Below are positions 13,983-25,101 of a stretch of 56,346 nucleotides of DNA, in pieces (positions within the stretch are counted from its first letter, which is position 1; every line of letters starts with the position of its first letter). The notes under the pieces are model-generated. The model saw nothing but the letters and a program-made list of their open reading frames with translations, had not been told where the DNA came from and searched no databases. Both the position numbers and the translations under genes were made by a program. The stretch spans positions 1-56,346 of the forward strand of contig JAUYSD010000074.1 of assembly GCA_030696505.1 (NCBI GenBank), in the 5' to 3' direction. The stretch comes from Sulfuritalea sp. (GTDB lineage: Bacteria > Pseudomonadota > Gammaproteobacteria > Burkholderiales > Rhodocyclaceae).

Positions 13983-15206
13983 TCAGGTGGCGGCGGCCAG
14001 GCGCCGGGTTTCCAGGCTGCGCTCGTCGATCGGCAGATGGATCAGGGCCGAGAGGACGCCGAGCAGGATGCAGATGCCCCATACCGTGTCGTAGGCGCCG
14101 GTGGCATCGAACAGCTTGCCACCGAGCCAGACGCCGAGGAAGCTGCCCACCTGATGGCTGAAGAACACCAGTCCGGAGAGCATGCCGAGGTAGCGCACGC
14201 CGAACACCTGGGCCACGATGGCATTGGTCAGCGGCACCGTCGACAGCCAGAGCAGACCCATCACTGCGGCAAACAGGTAGACGCTGACGGCCGTCAACGG
14301 TGCCCAGAGGAACAGGGCGATCACCACGCTGCGCGCGGCGTAGATGCCGGCCAGCACATGGCGCTTGGGCAGGCGGTTACCGAGATGGCCGGCGCTGTAG
14401 CTGCCGAATACGTTGAACAGGCCGATCAGCGCCAGCGCCGTCATGCCGACTTCGGCGCCCATGCCCTTGTCGATCAGGTAAGTCGGGAAATGCACGCCGA
14501 TGAACACCACCTGGAAGCCGCAGACGAAATAGCCGGCGATCAGCAGCACGAAGCTTTTCTCGCGCATGGCCTCGCCCAGCGCTTCGCGCGCCGTCTGGCC
14601 GTGGCCAGAGGCGCCTGCCACCAAGCCCTTGGTCAATGCGCCGCCGAGCGGGATGATCAGCAGGGCCGAGGCGGCGAACACCAGCAGGGTGCCGAACCAG
14701 CCGAGACCGCCGATCAGGCCCGAGGCCACCGGGATCATCAGGAACTGGCCGAAGGAGCCGGCCGCGGCGACCACGCCCATGGCCCAGCCGCGCTTGGCGT
14801 CGGGCACCAGCTTGCCCATCGCGGCGAACACCACGCTGTAGGTGCAGCCGCTTTGCGCCGCGCCGATCAGCAGGCCGGCGCTGGCGGCAAGGCCGGTGCC
14901 GGTCGCCGAATAGGCCATGCCGACCAGGCCCAGCGCATAGAGGATGCTGGCGCCCCAGAGTACGCGCCGCGCGCCGTAGCGGTCGGCCAGCCAGCCGGCG
15001 AAGGGTTGGGTCGCGCCCCACATCAGGTTCTGCAGCGCCAGGGCGAAGGAGAAGACCTCGCGGCTCCACTGGTGCTCCATGCTCATCGGCGTCAGGAACA
15101 GGCCGAAGGTGTGGCGGATGCCCATCGCCACGCAGACGATCAGCGCGGCAAAGACGAGCACGGTGGATAGAGGGCGTAGCGGTGTCGGGGCGGCGGGATT
15201 TGTCAT
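13983..15206 (-). CDS. MFS transporter
   Basis: About 12 hydrophobic helices, motif A GWLADRYGARR. Confidence 0.93.
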   Translation of the reverse strand: MTNPAAPTPLRPLSTVLVFAALIVCVAMGIRHTFGLFLTPMSMEHQWSREVFSFALALQNLMWGATQPFAGWLADRYGARRVLWGASILYALGLVGMAYSATGTGLAASAGLLIGAAQSGCTYSVVFAAMGKLVPDAKRGWAMGVVAAAGSFGQFLMIPVASGLIGGLGWFGTLLVFAASALLIIPLGGALTKGLVAGASGHGQTAREALGEAMREKSFVLLIAGYFVCGFQVVFIGVHFPTYLIDKGMGAEVGMTALALIGLFNVFGSYSAGHLGNRLPKRHVLAGIYAARSVVIALFLWAPLTAVSVYLFAAVMGLLWLSTVPLTNAIVAQVFGVRYLGMLSGLVFFSHQVGSFLGVWLGGKLFDATGAYDTVWGICILLGVLSALIHLPIDERSLETRRLAAAT

Positions 15207-15249
15207 GCTTTGGATGTTAACATTTAATTTTGATGACTATTTCCATCAC

Positions 15250-15795
15250 GTGAACAAGGCTTTTGTCAAAGAATCGGACAACGAGGACGAGGAAGAAGCG
15301 CCCGAATCGCAGATCCCTGCCGGCACCAGGAACTACATGACGGTGCGCGGCCACGCGCAGATCCGCGCCGAGTTCGAGCACCTGGTCAAGGTCGAACGGC
15401 CCGCCATCGTGCAGGTGGTGTCCTGGGCGGCGGGCAACGGCGACCGCTCGGAGAACGGCGACTACATCTACGGCAAGAAACGCCTGCGCGAGATCGACCG
15501 GCGCATCCGCTTCCTGAGCAAACGCCTGGAGTCGGCGGTGATCGTCGATCCGGCCGATCAGCGCAACTGCGATCAGGTGTTTTTCGCCGCCACGGTCACG
15601 GTCTGCGATGTCGACGGCATGGAAGAGACCTACCAGATCGTCGGCATCGACGAAGCCAACGCGCAGGAGGGCCGCATCAGCTGGATCTCGCCCCTGGCGC
15701 GCGCGCTGCTGAAGGCGCGCGAGGGCGACACGGTGCGCTTCGAGAGTCCGGGCGGATTGCGCGAGATCGATATCATCGAAATTCGCTATGAGTAA
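15250..15795 (+). CDS. greB: Transcription elongation factor GreB
   Basis: GTG start; WAAGNGDRSENGDYIYGKKRLREIDRR, ISWISPLARAL. Confidence 0.96.
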   Translation: MNKAFVKESDNEDEEEAPESQIPAGTRNYMTVRGHAQIRAEFEHLVKVERPAIVQVVSWAAGNGDRSENGDYIYGKKRLREIDRRIRFLSKRLESAVIVDPADQRNCDQVFFAATVTVCDVDGMEETYQIVGIDEANAQEGRISWISPLARALLKAREGDTVRFESPGGLREIDIIEIRYE

Positions 15796-15878
15796 ATAGC
15801 CAAGCGCTCTCATCACCGCGGCCGAAACCACCTCGCAAAACCAGCAGGTCACGAATTTACAGAAAGGATGTTGCACTG

Positions 15879-15923
15879 GCTGTCATTACGATGACAGCGC
15901 CCGGATTCCTTGCTTGCTACTCT
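15879..15923 (+). promoter_or_regulatory. Putative Crp/Fnr-family box with class II promoter
   Basis: Perfect IR GCTGTCAT-TACG-ATGACAGC centred -41.5 relative to TGn-TACTCT (15918-15923). Confidence 0.65.
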
Positions 15924-15966
15924 GCCGGCTCAGCTAATTCACGCTGCCAGACCACAAGGAGACAAC

Positions 15967-16743
15967 ATGTCATGGGATATTGAAGTGGTGGACGGATGTG
16001 CCGTCGTGCGCATGAACACCAACAAGGTCAACGTTCAAAACGACCAGTTCTTCATCGACTTGCATCAGGCGTTCGACCGTCTCGAGCGGGAGTTCAGCGA
16101 GCTGCCCGTGGTGTTGACCGGCCAGGGTGACGCGTTCTCCGCTGGTATCGACTTCCAGTACAGCTTCGAGATATTTGGTAGCGGAAGCCCCGACATGATT
16201 CGCGAATGGTACCGGACCTACCGCGAGACGAACCTGCGCATCTTCAAGTATCCCCGGCCCACCGTGGCGGCGATCAATGGCCACGCCATTGCCGGCGGTT
16301 TGATTACGGCGCTGGATTGCGACTTCCGCGTGGCGGCGCGCAAACCCTCGAAGTTCGGTCTCAACGAAGTGCCCATCGGCATCCCGATGCCGGCGGCCTA
16401 CGTCGAAATAATCAAATACACCTTGGGCGACCAGGTCGCGGCGCTGACGACTTTGCGTGGCGAGCTTTACGGTGTGGAAGAAGCGGCCAAGCTCGGGTTT
16501 TTCCACGAAGTGGTGGAACCAGACCAGTTAATGGCCACGGCGATCCGCTACGCCCGCTGCATCACGCCGGACTGCAATACTGCCTACGCGATGTCCAAGA
16601 AGGCGCTGCAAGACAGCGTTCTGCGGCAAATCGACGAGCGCACAGGGGCCTTGGACGCGCAGTTGCCAGCCGGCATGAGCGACGAACGCAACCGTCGCGC
16701 CCAGGATCGCCGTCGGCAGGAAATCATGAACAAGCGGAAGTAA
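15967..16743 (+). CDS. Enoyl-CoA hydratase/isomerase family protein
   Basis: FSAGID, PTVAAINGHAIAGG, FGLNEV; AGGAGA RBS. Confidence 0.92.
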   Translation: MSWDIEVVDGCAVVRMNTNKVNVQNDQFFIDLHQAFDRLEREFSELPVVLTGQGDAFSAGIDFQYSFEIFGSGSPDMIREWYRTYRETNLRIFKYPRPTVAAINGHAIAGGLITALDCDFRVAARKPSKFGLNEVPIGIPMPAAYVEIIKYTLGDQVAALTTLRGELYGVEEAAKLGFFHEVVEPDQLMATAIRYARCITPDCNTAYAMSKKALQDSVLRQIDERTGALDAQLPAGMSDERNRRAQDRRRQEIMNKRK

Positions 16744-16753
16744 GGGACGCCCA

Positions 16754-17434
16754 GTGATCGATCTTTACTCATGGGCGGCGCCCAACGGGCACAAGGTGCA
16801 GATACTGGTAGAGGAGTTGGGGATCCCCTACCGGCTCGTTCCCATAGACATTACCCGGGGCGATCAGCATTTGCCTGGCTACCGGGCGGTGAACCCGAAC
16901 GGCAGGATCCCGGCCATCGTGGACCATGCGCCGCTGGATGGCGGCGCGCCGGTCACGGTCTTCGAGAGTGGCGCGGTCATGCTCTATCTCGCGGAGAAGG
17001 AAAAGCGTTTCCTTCCGTCCGAACTCAGGCCGCGCGGCGAGGTCCTGCAGTGGTTGTTCTGGCAGGTGGGCGGTTTGGGGCCGATGATGGGTCAGGCGCA
17101 ACACTTTTTCCGCTATACGCCCGCCCCCGTGCCTTACGGGATCGAGCGATACCAGAAGGAGACCCGGCGTCTGCTGAAGGTGCTGGACGACCGGTTGGAC
17201 GGCCGGGAATACGTCTGCGACGACTACTCGATCGCCGACATGGCCTGCTTCCCGTGGATCCGCATCCACAAGCTGACCGGCGTGTCGCTGGACGATTTCC
17301 CGCAGGTGCAGGCATGGTATGGGCGGGTGCGTGCGCGCCCTGGCGTGGCGCGCGGCCTGGACCTCCTGAGGGACCGCTGGGTGGACGTCACCACCTCCGC
17401 CGAAGCCAAGAGCAACCTGTTCCAGAAGTCGTAG
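16754..17434 (+). CDS. Glutathione S-transferase (YfcG/YghU-like)
   Basis: PNGHKV, NPNGRIPAI, FESGA, GLGPMMGQ, YSIADMA. Confidence 0.92.
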   Translation: MIDLYSWAAPNGHKVQILVEELGIPYRLVPIDITRGDQHLPGYRAVNPNGRIPAIVDHAPLDGGAPVTVFESGAVMLYLAEKEKRFLPSELRPRGEVLQWLFWQVGGLGPMMGQAQHFFRYTPAPVPYGIERYQKETRRLLKVLDDRLDGREYVCDDYSIADMACFPWIRIHKLTGVSLDDFPQVQAWYGRVRARPGVARGLDLLRDRWVDVTTSAEAKSNLFQKS

Positions 17435-17440
17435 TCGACC

Positions 17441-18085
17441 ATGATCGACCCGAACAACCCGCACGTTGACGCCTTCATCGATTTTCGCAGCCCCTATTCG
17501 TACCTGGCGCTGCGGCCGGCCCGCGCGCTGGCGCGGGACACAGGAGTCACCTTCGACTGGTGGCCGTACATAACCGACTTCCGCTCGGCCTATGGCGGCG
17601 AGGTCGAGAAGCGATCCAGCCGGGATGTCGCGAAGCTGAAGTACCTCTATATGGACTGCCGCCGGATTGCGAAGCTGCAGGGTCTGACGATCCGTTCAAC
17701 GACGAAGCTCTGGGACGCGACCCTGGCCAGCCAGGCGATGCTCTTTGCCAAATCCAGGGGGCGCCTTTGGGAGTTCTGCGATCCGCTGCTGGAGGCGTTC
17801 TGGCGACGGGAGTTTGATCTGGAGTCGCCGGCTGAGATTGAGGTCGCACTGGTCAAGGCCGGGCTGCAGACGGCAGATTGGCGCCAATACACGGCAGCCG
17901 ACGCCCCGCAAGCGCTGGCAGAGGCATCTTTACGAGCGGAACACCTGGGCGTCTTTGGTGCCCCGACATTCGTCTATCAAGGGGAGTTGTTCTGGGGCGG
18001 CGACCGGCTGGATTTCCTCGCGGCCTCGATCGCGGCGAGCAGAGCAACTGAAGGAAATGCGGCTCAATCCTCGGCTACGACGTAG
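17441..18085 (+). CDS. DsbA family / HCCA isomerase (kappa-class GST-like)
   Basis: DFRSPYSYL, GVFGAPTF, ELFWGGDRL. Confidence 0.9.
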   Translation: MIDPNNPHVDAFIDFRSPYSYLALRPARALARDTGVTFDWWPYITDFRSAYGGEVEKRSSRDVAKLKYLYMDCRRIAKLQGLTIRSTTKLWDATLASQAMLFAKSRGRLWEFCDPLLEAFWRREFDLESPAEIEVALVKAGLQTADWRQYTAADAPQALAEASLRAEHLGVFGAPTFVYQGELFWGGDRLDFLAASIAASRATEGNAAQSSATT

Positions 18086-18774
18086 CGGCGAAGGCGCGGC
18101 ACATCAACCACCAGCGGCCCTTTGTGCGCCTCACCGCGCACCAGTCCGAGGCGCCTGAACGCGCTGAGTGCCATATTCACCCGCTGCCTCGACAGCCCAC
18201 TGATCAGCGCCAACTCGTGCTGAGGTATCGAGAACTCCTGCGCATCACTGCTGCTGTCGTCCGCCAGCATCAGGAGGGCTCTGGCCACCTGCATTTCGGG
18301 CCCGCGCAGGCGAGAAGCCGCCAGCATGCCGACGAACTCTCCCATCCGCGCATTCATGATGTCGCACAGAAAGTGGTTGAACTCGATGGACGACTGGCGC
18401 AGCGTCTCGAAGGTCGCGGCGGGAACCATGCACAGATGAGCCTGGGTGAGGGCGCGCAGGTCGTAGCGGCGCATCTCGCGTTTTAAAAGGGAACCTTCGC
18501 CACCCCACTCGCCTTCGCGTTGGCAATACAGGGTGGTTTCCGAGCCGTCTGCGCCAACGACATACATTTGCAGGATGCCGCGGATCAGGCCGTACCAGTG
18601 GGCACTGGGTTGCCCGGCAAGGGCGATATATTCCCCGGGATCGGCGGTTCTTTCGATTGCCGTGTCGAGGGTAAGCGCGCGCAGCTCGGGAGTCAAAGCG
18701 CGATACCAGGGCCACTTTTCCAGAAACTCGGGCACGCTCGACAGTAAGGCCGGTTCCCTGGGTGGCGTCCTCAT
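18064..18774 (-). CDS. Crp/Fnr family transcriptional regulator
   Basis: cNMP-type domain (WGGEGSLL) and HTH QHELALISGLSRQRVN. Confidence 0.92.
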   Translation of the reverse strand: MRTPPREPALLSSVPEFLEKWPWYRALTPELRALTLDTAIERTADPGEYIALAGQPSAHWYGLIRGILQMYVVGADGSETTLYCQREGEWGGEGSLLKREMRRYDLRALTQAHLCMVPAATFETLRQSSIEFNHFLCDIMNARMGEFVGMLAASRLRGPEMQVARALLMLADDSSSDAQEFSIPQHELALISGLSRQRVNMALSAFRRLGLVRGEAHKGPLVVDVPRLRRYVVAED

Positions 18775-18885
18775 GGGTCGGTCCGGGTGATCATCGACGT
18801 CATTGTAGTACCTGACGGTCTGACCTCCTCGCCGACCAGCGCTCGCTCGGATGCGACTCCGACTACAGTACGGGCGGGCAACCGC

Positions 18886-19920
18886 CTATGCGGTTGATTC
18901 CGTCCAGCCACTCCGCGCCCACGCCAACTGGACACGCAGTCGCCGTGCATCCTTGCCAAGCCCCAGAATCGGTTTATCCCTGCGCCAGCGCGCGAAGGCA
19001 ATTGATTCGTGTTGCGCCATGAGAGTCTCTGCCTGCTCGATGACCTCGCCGCCCAACGACAGGGCGCCGGCGGTGAGCAGTTCGGTGGCCGAGTCACTCG
19101 GGGATCGCGCGGCGCATTCTCCCAAGGCAACAACGATCGCCATGCAGCGCTGCCGCCATCGAGTCGGCCAGCCTGCGGCATGTCCCTGCGCGAGCAAGAA
19201 GGCGAGGGGGGAGCCCGTGACGAAGACATCTTCGCGAAGACGGAACGGCTTGGCGTGGTCCGCGTATCCGTCTCCCGGAATTGGATGTCCATCATCGATC
19301 GGAACATCGTTAAAGCTCACCGCGCAATGGGCAAGTTCCGGCACGACGGCCTGCGGCCGGGGGGCGCTCATCTCCACGCCGGCGGCACTACGTCGCACGC
19401 GAGCCACCACCAAACTTCCGGGGCCTCGCGCCGGACCGTCCGCGGTGCGGGCGAGCACGTAGAGTTCCAGATCGTCGATGCCGGAAAGCACCCAGGACTT
19501 TCGTCCTTTCAATCGCAACACTCCGTTCCTGACGAAGAGTGCGGTATCGATCTCGGTGAGTTTGCGACCCGACTCGTTGGCACCGAGTGACGCGATCCTG
19601 GGCTCCGCCCCTGCAAGGAGTTCAGGAAACGCCGCCTGCAAGGCTCCCTGGTAGCCGCTAAAGAACGCCCAGGCCAAGCGGTCTGCCCGAAAGGCCGCAG
19701 CGATTGCGGCGACGTAGGGGCCATAGCGACCGTAGCTGCTACTGGTCGCGCGCCAAACTGGGAGCCAGCTCGACAGCGTGCCGCACTCAAGAAATTCGGG
19801 CTTGCCGAGCAGAAGCTCGGGAAGAACGTGTCGCTGGTCTTCAACCATGGGCTGCTCCAAATCCAGAGCTTGCGGCCACCTGGTGCTCCTGCCGCTCGAG
19901 CAGGGCAGCTCGATAGCCAT
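18886..19920 (-). CDS. Acyl-CoA dehydrogenase-like protein
   Basis: AFFSGYQGAL, LKGRKSWV middle domain, GDGY--AKPFRLRED; start uncertain. Confidence 0.7.
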   Translation of the reverse strand: MAIELPCSSGRSTRWPQALDLEQPMVEDQRHVLPELLLGKPEFLECGTLSSWLPVWRATSSSYGRYGPYVAAIAAAFRADRLAWAFFSGYQGALQAAFPELLAGAEPRIASLGANESGRKLTEIDTALFVRNGVLRLKGRKSWVLSGIDDLELYVLARTADGPARGPGSLVVARVRRSAAGVEMSAPRPQAVVPELAHCAVSFNDVPIDDGHPIPGDGYADHAKPFRLREDVFVTGSPLAFLLAQGHAAGWPTRWRQRCMAIVVALGECAARSPSDSATELLTAGALSLGGEVIEQAETLMAQHESIAFARWRRDKPILGLGKDARRLRVQLAWARSGWTESTA

Positions 19921-19929
19921 TGCAGAACT

Positions 19930-20676
19930 TCAGCATGCGCTCGGATCGTCGCGAATCGCAGACTTCGGTTGAAACTGCTCGTCAAAATCTTCCAGACTGG
20001 GCATCGCGAGCACCGGGCGGTTTTCAAGCGCCCCTATTTCGCTACAAAGTTTCATGAGCATGCCAGTCCTAACCGTGTCATCCACATAGGGTACGTGATG
20101 AGCAAAAAATGGCTCGTAGACGGAAAAGCCAACGTAGCCGAGGGTGCCTTGCAGCAAGTGCCGCAGCATGCCATTGAGGTCGCCATGAATCGCATTGGGA
20201 CCGAACATGTGCTCGCGCCCGCCAAGGGAAGCAACCACCAAGGCGTGCTTGCCACGCATGCCGCCATGGTCGTAAACACGCCGGCCGCCGTAGAACACAC
20301 CGGAGAGGAACACCCTGTCGATCCAGCCCTTCATGAGGGCCGGTACAGAAAACCAGAACACCGGGAACACAAGCACAAGCAAATCCGAGCGGGACACCGC
20401 TTCTACTTCGGCGGCGATCTCTGGATCGATGGACTTGTGCTGCCAGGCATGTCGCTGCTCCAGACTGTAAACAAGGTACTCCGATCGCGCTCGGTCGCCA
20501 AAGTCGTTTCCGCTGGCTACCGCCTTAAAGTTGGATGCCTGCAGGTCTGTCAGGCTTGTTTCCCAGCCTGCAAGCTCCAGCGATTCCTGGGTCATGTCCC
20601 GCATCGCGGCGACAAATGAATTCGGCTCGGGATGGGCGTAGACGATGTGTGCGCGTTTCATGGAATTCAAGCTCAT
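19930..20676 (-). CDS. NAD(P)H-dependent quinone oxidoreductase (flavodoxin-like)
   Basis: YAHPEPNSF, FPVFWFSVPALMKGWIDRV. Confidence 0.93.
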   Translation of the reverse strand: MSLNSMKRAHIVYAHPEPNSFVAAMRDMTQESLELAGWETSLTDLQASNFKAVASGNDFGDRARSEYLVYSLEQRHAWQHKSIDPEIAAEVEAVSRSDLLVLVFPVFWFSVPALMKGWIDRVFLSGVFYGGRRVYDHGGMRGKHALVVASLGGREHMFGPNAIHGDLNGMLRHLLQGTLGYVGFSVYEPFFAHHVPYVDDTVRTGMLMKLCSEIGALENRPVLAMPSLEDFDEQFQPKSAIRDDPSAC

Positions 20677-20799
20677 GGCCTCCTCGAAAGGTATACGGCC
20701 GCCGCCCTATGGGATCTCATTCGTCCGAATACCGGCGTTGATGCACGTTAACTGCCGCACACCCACCGACGAGTATCCAAGGAGGCTGAACCGGATTTG

Positions 20800-20844
20800 A
20801 GTATTGCATCGCCGCCAATGCCCTGTTGTCGTCGCGATGACAAC
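20800..20844 (-). promoter_or_regulatory. Second putative Crp/Fnr box with class II promoter
   Basis: GTTGTCGT-CGCG-ATGACAAC (20825-20844) centred -41.5 relative to TGn-AATACT on the minus strand. Confidence 0.55.
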
Positions 20845-21167
20845 CCGAATAGCGGTCTCCTGAATTGTCGTGAGCGCTCCAAGCGGAGGCGCCGCTTTTG
20901 TACGCCATTTTCCTGCCTAGCTGGAGAGCATGGACATCAACACGTGAAGCGGCGAAGCCGGGGCAGACAGGCTTGCTCATTGCACTTCAACCACAGCGGC
21001 CGCTTGGTGATCAGTAGGCTGCAATGCGACTTGCGCAAGTCATCGGACAACTTGGGGTCGACCCGAGTCATCGGCAATTCCCTGACCGGGCCAGGCATTA
21101 AAGTAAAGCTGCTGCGAACCAGTATGCAGCGTGGATTTCAATCACCAAATCCGGATAGCCGAACCGT

Positions 21168-22196
21168 TCACGCGCGGCGGATGGCGTGATTCGTCCACAG
21201 CAGCAGCCCGAACAGCACCATCGCCCCGGCCTGGTGCGCCGCGGCGAGGGCGACGGGAACCTGCAGCAGCAGCGTGGCGATGCCCAGGCCGACCTGCACC
21301 GCCAGCCACAGCGTCAGCACCACGGCCGGGGTGCGCGCCTCGGGCGTCTCTTTCCAGATGCGCCAGGAGTACCAGGGAATCAGGCCCATCAGCAGCCAGG
21401 CGATCATGCGATGGTCGAACTGCACCGTGGCCATGTTGGTGAAGAAGTTCAGCCACAGCGGCTCGACCATGAATATCTCGGGCGGCACGAAATGCCCGTT
21501 CATCAGCGGGAAGGTGTTGTAGGCCAGGCCGGCGCGGATGCCGGCGACCAGCGCGCCCGACAGCACCATGATGAACACCAGCGCCACCAGCCAGTTGCCC
21601 AGGCGTCGCGTAAGAGTTGGCGCTGGCGCTACGGTGCTATCGGCATTCCTCGGCTGCAGCATGCCCAGTCCGGTCCAGGCCATCAGGCCGAACAGCACGA
21701 AGGCCAGTCCGAGGTGCGCCGCCAGCCGGTATTGCGAGACGCGCGGGTCGTCCACCAGCCCGCTCTTGACCATGTACCAGCCCATCGCGCCCTGCAGGCC
21801 GCCGAGGATGAAGAAGCCGAACACCCTGGCCGCCAGCGCGCCGCGCAAACGGCCGCGCAGCAGGAACCAGGCGTAGGGGACGAAGAACACCAGGCCGATC
21901 GAGCGGCCGAGCAGGCGATGCGCCCATTCCCACCAGAAGATGAACTGGAAGCCGTCCAGCGTCATGTCGTGGTTGCGCTGGATGAACTCCGGCGTCTGCT
22001 GATACTTGGCGAAGAGTTCGAGCCAGTCGGCGTGGGTCAGCGGCGGCAGGGCGCCGATCAGCGGTTTCCACTCGACGATGGACAGGCCCGAGTGGGTCAG
22101 GCGCGTCACGCCGCCCACCACCATGGTCAGGAACACCATGGCGCAGCACGCGAAAAGCCACCAGGCCACGGCGCGTTGTTGATTGCTCGAATTCAT
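21168..22196 (-). CDS. ctaA: Heme A synthase (COX15/CtaA)
   Basis: [46 protein letters not shown]. Confidence 0.95.
   Translation of the reverse strand: MNSSNQQRAVAWWLFACCAMVFLTMVVGGVTRLTHSGLSIVEWKPLIGALPPLTHADWLELFAKYQQTPEFIQRNHDMTLDGFQFIFWWEWAHRLLGRSIGLVFFVPYAWFLLRGRLRGALAARVFGFFILGGLQGAMGWYMVKSGLVDDPRVSQYRLAAHLGLAFVLFGLMAWTGLGMLQPRNADSTVAPAPTLTRRLGNWLVALVFIMVLSGALVAGIRAGLAYNTFPLMNGHFVPPEIFMVEPLWLNFFTNMATVQFDHRMIAWLLMGLIPWYSWRIWKETPEARTPAVVLTLWLAVQVGLGIATLLLQVPVALAAAHQAGAMVLFGLLLWTNHAIRRA
21610..21636 (-). repeat. Dispersed 24-bp motif copy 6 (in ctaA loop)
   Basis: CACCGTAGCGCCAGCGCCAACTCT; 1 mismatch. Confidence 0.85.
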
Positions 22197-22741
22197 TTGT
22201 CGTCTGCCAGCCAGTGTCCGGATTTGCCGCCGGCCTTCTCCAGCAGGCGTACGTCTTCGATGACCATGCCGCGGTCGGCGGCCTTGCACATGTCGTAAAT
22301 CGTCAGCAGGCCGACCGACACCGCGGTCAGCGCCTCCATCTCGACGCCGGTGCGGCCCACGGTTTCCGCCGTTACCTCCAGCGTCACGCGCTGGCGCGCG
22401 GCGTCGAGCACGAACTCGGCGGCGACGCGCGTCAGCGCCAGCGGATGGCACAGCGGGATCAGTTCGGAGGTGCGCTTCGAACCCTGGATTGCCGCGATGC
22501 GCGCAATGCCTAGCACGTCGCCCTTCTTGGCCGAGCCGCTTTCGATCAGCGCGAAAGTGGCCGCTGCCATTCGGATGTGGCCTCGGGCGCGCGCAACGCG
22601 CGTGGTTTCGCTCTTGGCGCCGACGTCGACCATGTGCGCCTGGCCGGCGCCATCGAAGTGGGTCAGCGGGCTGGCGGGGGCATCGCGCCCGGGCTGCGAG
22701 GATGGGGTGGACGGGGTCGGCGGGGTGGGCGATGGCTTCAT
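22193..22741 (-). CDS. moaC: Cyclic pyranopterin monophosphate synthase MoaC
   Basis: [41 protein letters not shown]. Confidence 0.97.
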   Translation of the reverse strand: MKPSPTPPTPSTPSSQPGRDAPASPLTHFDGAGQAHMVDVGAKSETTRVARARGHIRMAAATFALIESGSAKKGDVLGIARIAAIQGSKRTSELIPLCHPLALTRVAAEFVLDAARQRVTLEVTAETVGRTGVEMEALTAVSVGLLTIYDMCKAADRGMVIEDVRLLEKAGGKSGHWLADDK

Positions 22742-22789
22742 GAAATACGCTGTCACAACTGGTTTTTGCGGAGCCGCTATCATAGCGGT

Positions 22790-24256
22790 ATGAAATTTTA
22801 TCCGCTTGCCAGCACCCTGATTCTCGGTTTCGGCATTCTTTCGGCACCGGCCTTGTCGGTGGCCGACGGCCTGCCCGACCTCGGCGAAGCGGCGCAGGCC
22901 GAGTTCTCGCCGGCCATGGAAAGGCGCATCGGCGAATCGGTGATGCTCGATATCCGCCGCGATCCGGCATGGCTCGATGACCCCGAGGTCACCAGCTACC
23001 TCAACCGGCTGGGCAACCGGCTGGCGGCGCAGAGCATGGAAGCGCGCCAGGAATTCGAATTCTTCGCCCTGCGCGACACCACGCTCAACGCCTTCGCCAT
23101 GCCCGGCGGCTTCATCGGCGTGCATACCGGGCTGATCCTCGCGGCCGCCTCCGAATCGGAACTGGCCTCGGTGCTGGCGCACGAAATTTCCCACGTCACC
23201 CAGCGCCACCTGGCGCGTCTGGTCAACAAGTCGGGGCAGGGGCAGGTGACCAGCCTGCTGGCGCTCGCGGTGGCGATCCTCGCGGCGCGCAGCAGCCCGG
23301 ACCTGGCGATGGGCGCGATGATGGCCGGGCAGGGCGCGGCGGTCCAGAACCAGTTGAACTACTCGCGCGATTTCGAGCGCGAGGCCGACCGTTTCGGCCT
23401 CGGCGTGCTGGAGCGTTCCGGCTTCGACATTCGCGGCATGAGCAGTTTTTTCGAGCGCCTGCAAAAGTTCGGGCGCCTGTATGAAAACAATGCGCCGGGC
23501 TATCTGCGGACTCACCCGCTGACCACCGAACGCCTGGCCGACATGGGCAACCGTATCCAGTCGCGGCCCTACCGGCAGGTGGCGGATTCGCTCGAATTCC
23601 AGCTGGTGCGCGCCAAGCTGCGCGCTCAGGACGGCACGCCGCGCGACGCGGTGACGGAGTTCGAAACCCGGCTCAAGGATCGCAGCTTCGCCGGCAGCGA
23701 AGCCTCCGTGCGCTACGGCCTGGCCCAGGCACAGTTGCGCGAGCGCAATCTCGCGGCGGCGGAAAAGCAGGTGGGCGAGCTGCGCCGCCTGAAGGCGGTG
23801 TCGCCGATGATAGAAACGCTGGCCGCACAATTGCGCCTGAAGCAGGGCGATGCGGCCGGCGCGGTGAAGCTGCTGCGCGACGCGCAGCCGCGCTTTCCGC
23901 AGGAGCGCGCGATCGCCTACGGCCTGGTCGAATCCCTGCTGGAGGCGCGCCAGCCGCAGGAAGCCATCAAGGTCACCGAGGACGAACTGCTGAACTATCC
24001 CTCGGACGCCAAAATGCATGCCCTGCAGGCGCGGACCTGGTCGCTGCTCGGCAAGCGCCTGCAGCAACATCGTGCCCAGGCCGAGAGCTATGCGCTGCTG
24101 GGCCAGTTGCCGCAGGCCGTGGAACAACTCGAACTGGCGCAGAAGGCCGGCGACGGCAATTTCTACGAACAGTCGCAGGTGGATTCGCGCTTGCGCGAAC
24201 TGAAGAAACGCGTGGCCGACGAGGCCAAGCAGGCCAAGGAAGCCAAGGGCAAATAG
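22790..24256 (+). CDS. bepA: BepA/YfgC-like M48 metalloprotease with TPR region
   Basis: Signal peptide, [38 protein letters not shown]. Confidence 0.88.
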   Translation: MKFYPLASTLILGFGILSAPALSVADGLPDLGEAAQAEFSPAMERRIGESVMLDIRRDPAWLDDPEVTSYLNRLGNRLAAQSMEARQEFEFFALRDTTLNAFAMPGGFIGVHTGLILAAASESELASVLAHEISHVTQRHLARLVNKSGQGQVTSLLALAVAILAARSSPDLAMGAMMAGQGAAVQNQLNYSRDFEREADRFGLGVLERSGFDIRGMSSFFERLQKFGRLYENNAPGYLRTHPLTTERLADMGNRIQSRPYRQVADSLEFQLVRAKLRAQDGTPRDAVTEFETRLKDRSFAGSEASVRYGLAQAQLRERNLAAAEKQVGELRRLKAVSPMIETLAAQLRLKQGDAAGAVKLLRDAQPRFPQERAIAYGLVESLLEARQPQEAIKVTEDELLNYPSDAKMHALQARTWSLLGKRLQQHRAQAESYALLGQLPQAVEQLELAQKAGDGNFYEQSQVDSRLRELKKRVADEAKQAKEAKGK

Positions 24257-24264
24257 GTGCCGCG

Positions 24265-25095
24265 ATGAACCCTGCCAGAAACCCGGCGCCGCGCGCGCTG
24301 GCCACACCGCTGGTGCATCTCGCCAGCGAGCCCTACTACCATGCCACCGGCGACGAACTCGAGGTTTTCGCCGCGGCGGCAAATAGCCGCCTGCCGGTGA
24401 TGCTCAAGGGCCCGACGGGTTGCGGCAAGACGCGCTTCGTCGAGCACATGGCCTGGCGCCTCAAGCGCCCGCTGGTGACCGTGGCCTGCCATGACGACCT
24501 GACCACCGCCGATCTGGTCGGCCGCTACCTGATTGTCGGCGACGAGACCGTGTGGATGGACGGCCCGCTGACCGCCGCGGTGCGCGCCGGCGCCATCTGC
24601 TATCTCGACGAAATCGTCGAGGCGCGCAAGGACACCACGGTGGTGATCCATCCGCTGACGGATTCGCGCCGCGCGCTGCCGGTCGAAAAGCGCGGCGAGT
24701 ACATCGAGGCGCCGCCCGACTTCATGCTGGTGATTTCCTACAACCCCGGCTACCAGAGCGTGCTCAAGGAAATGAAGCCGAGCACGCGGCAGCGTTTCGT
24801 CGCCCTCGATTTCGATTATCCCGAGGCAGAGACCGAGGCGCGCATCGTCGCCCACGAAGGCGGCGTCGATGATGAAACGGCCAAACGCCTGGTCAAGCTG
24901 GGCGGCCTCACGCGCAAGCTGAAGGGCGCCGGGCTCGACGAAGGCGCCGGCACGCGCCTCCTGGTGCATGCCGCGCAGTTGATTGCCAGCGGCATGAGTC
25001 CGGCGATCGCCTGCACCGCGGCCATCGCCCGTCCGCTGGCCGACGAAACCGATACGCGCGACGCGCTCGACGACCTGATCCGCGCAGTTTTCTAG
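24265..25095 (+). CDS. CbbQ/NirQ/NorQ family MoxR AAA+ ATPase
   Basis: [34 protein letters not shown]. Confidence 0.93.
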   Translation: MNPARNPAPRALATPLVHLASEPYYHATGDELEVFAAAANSRLPVMLKGPTGCGKTRFVEHMAWRLKRPLVTVACHDDLTTADLVGRYLIVGDETVWMDGPLTAAVRAGAICYLDEIVEARKDTTVVIHPLTDSRRALPVEKRGEYIEAPPDFMLVISYNPGYQSVLKEMKPSTRQRFVALDFDYPEAETEARIVAHEGGVDDETAKRLVKLGGLTRKLKGAGLDEGAGTRLLVHAAQLIASGMSPAIACTAAIARPLADETDTRDALDDLIRAVF

Positions 25096-25101
25096 GCGGC
25101 G

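Noticed and set aside
16741-16757. CCAGTGA before the GST start as a third junction element
   Set aside because: Only 7 bp match and no palindrome.
18204-18216. TCAGCGCCAACTC partial motif match
   Set aside because: Lacks the 5' CGCCGTNNCG half; could be chance.
20860-21165. Possible gene or IS remnant at the islet edge
   Set aside because: No recognisable protein motif or terminal repeats.
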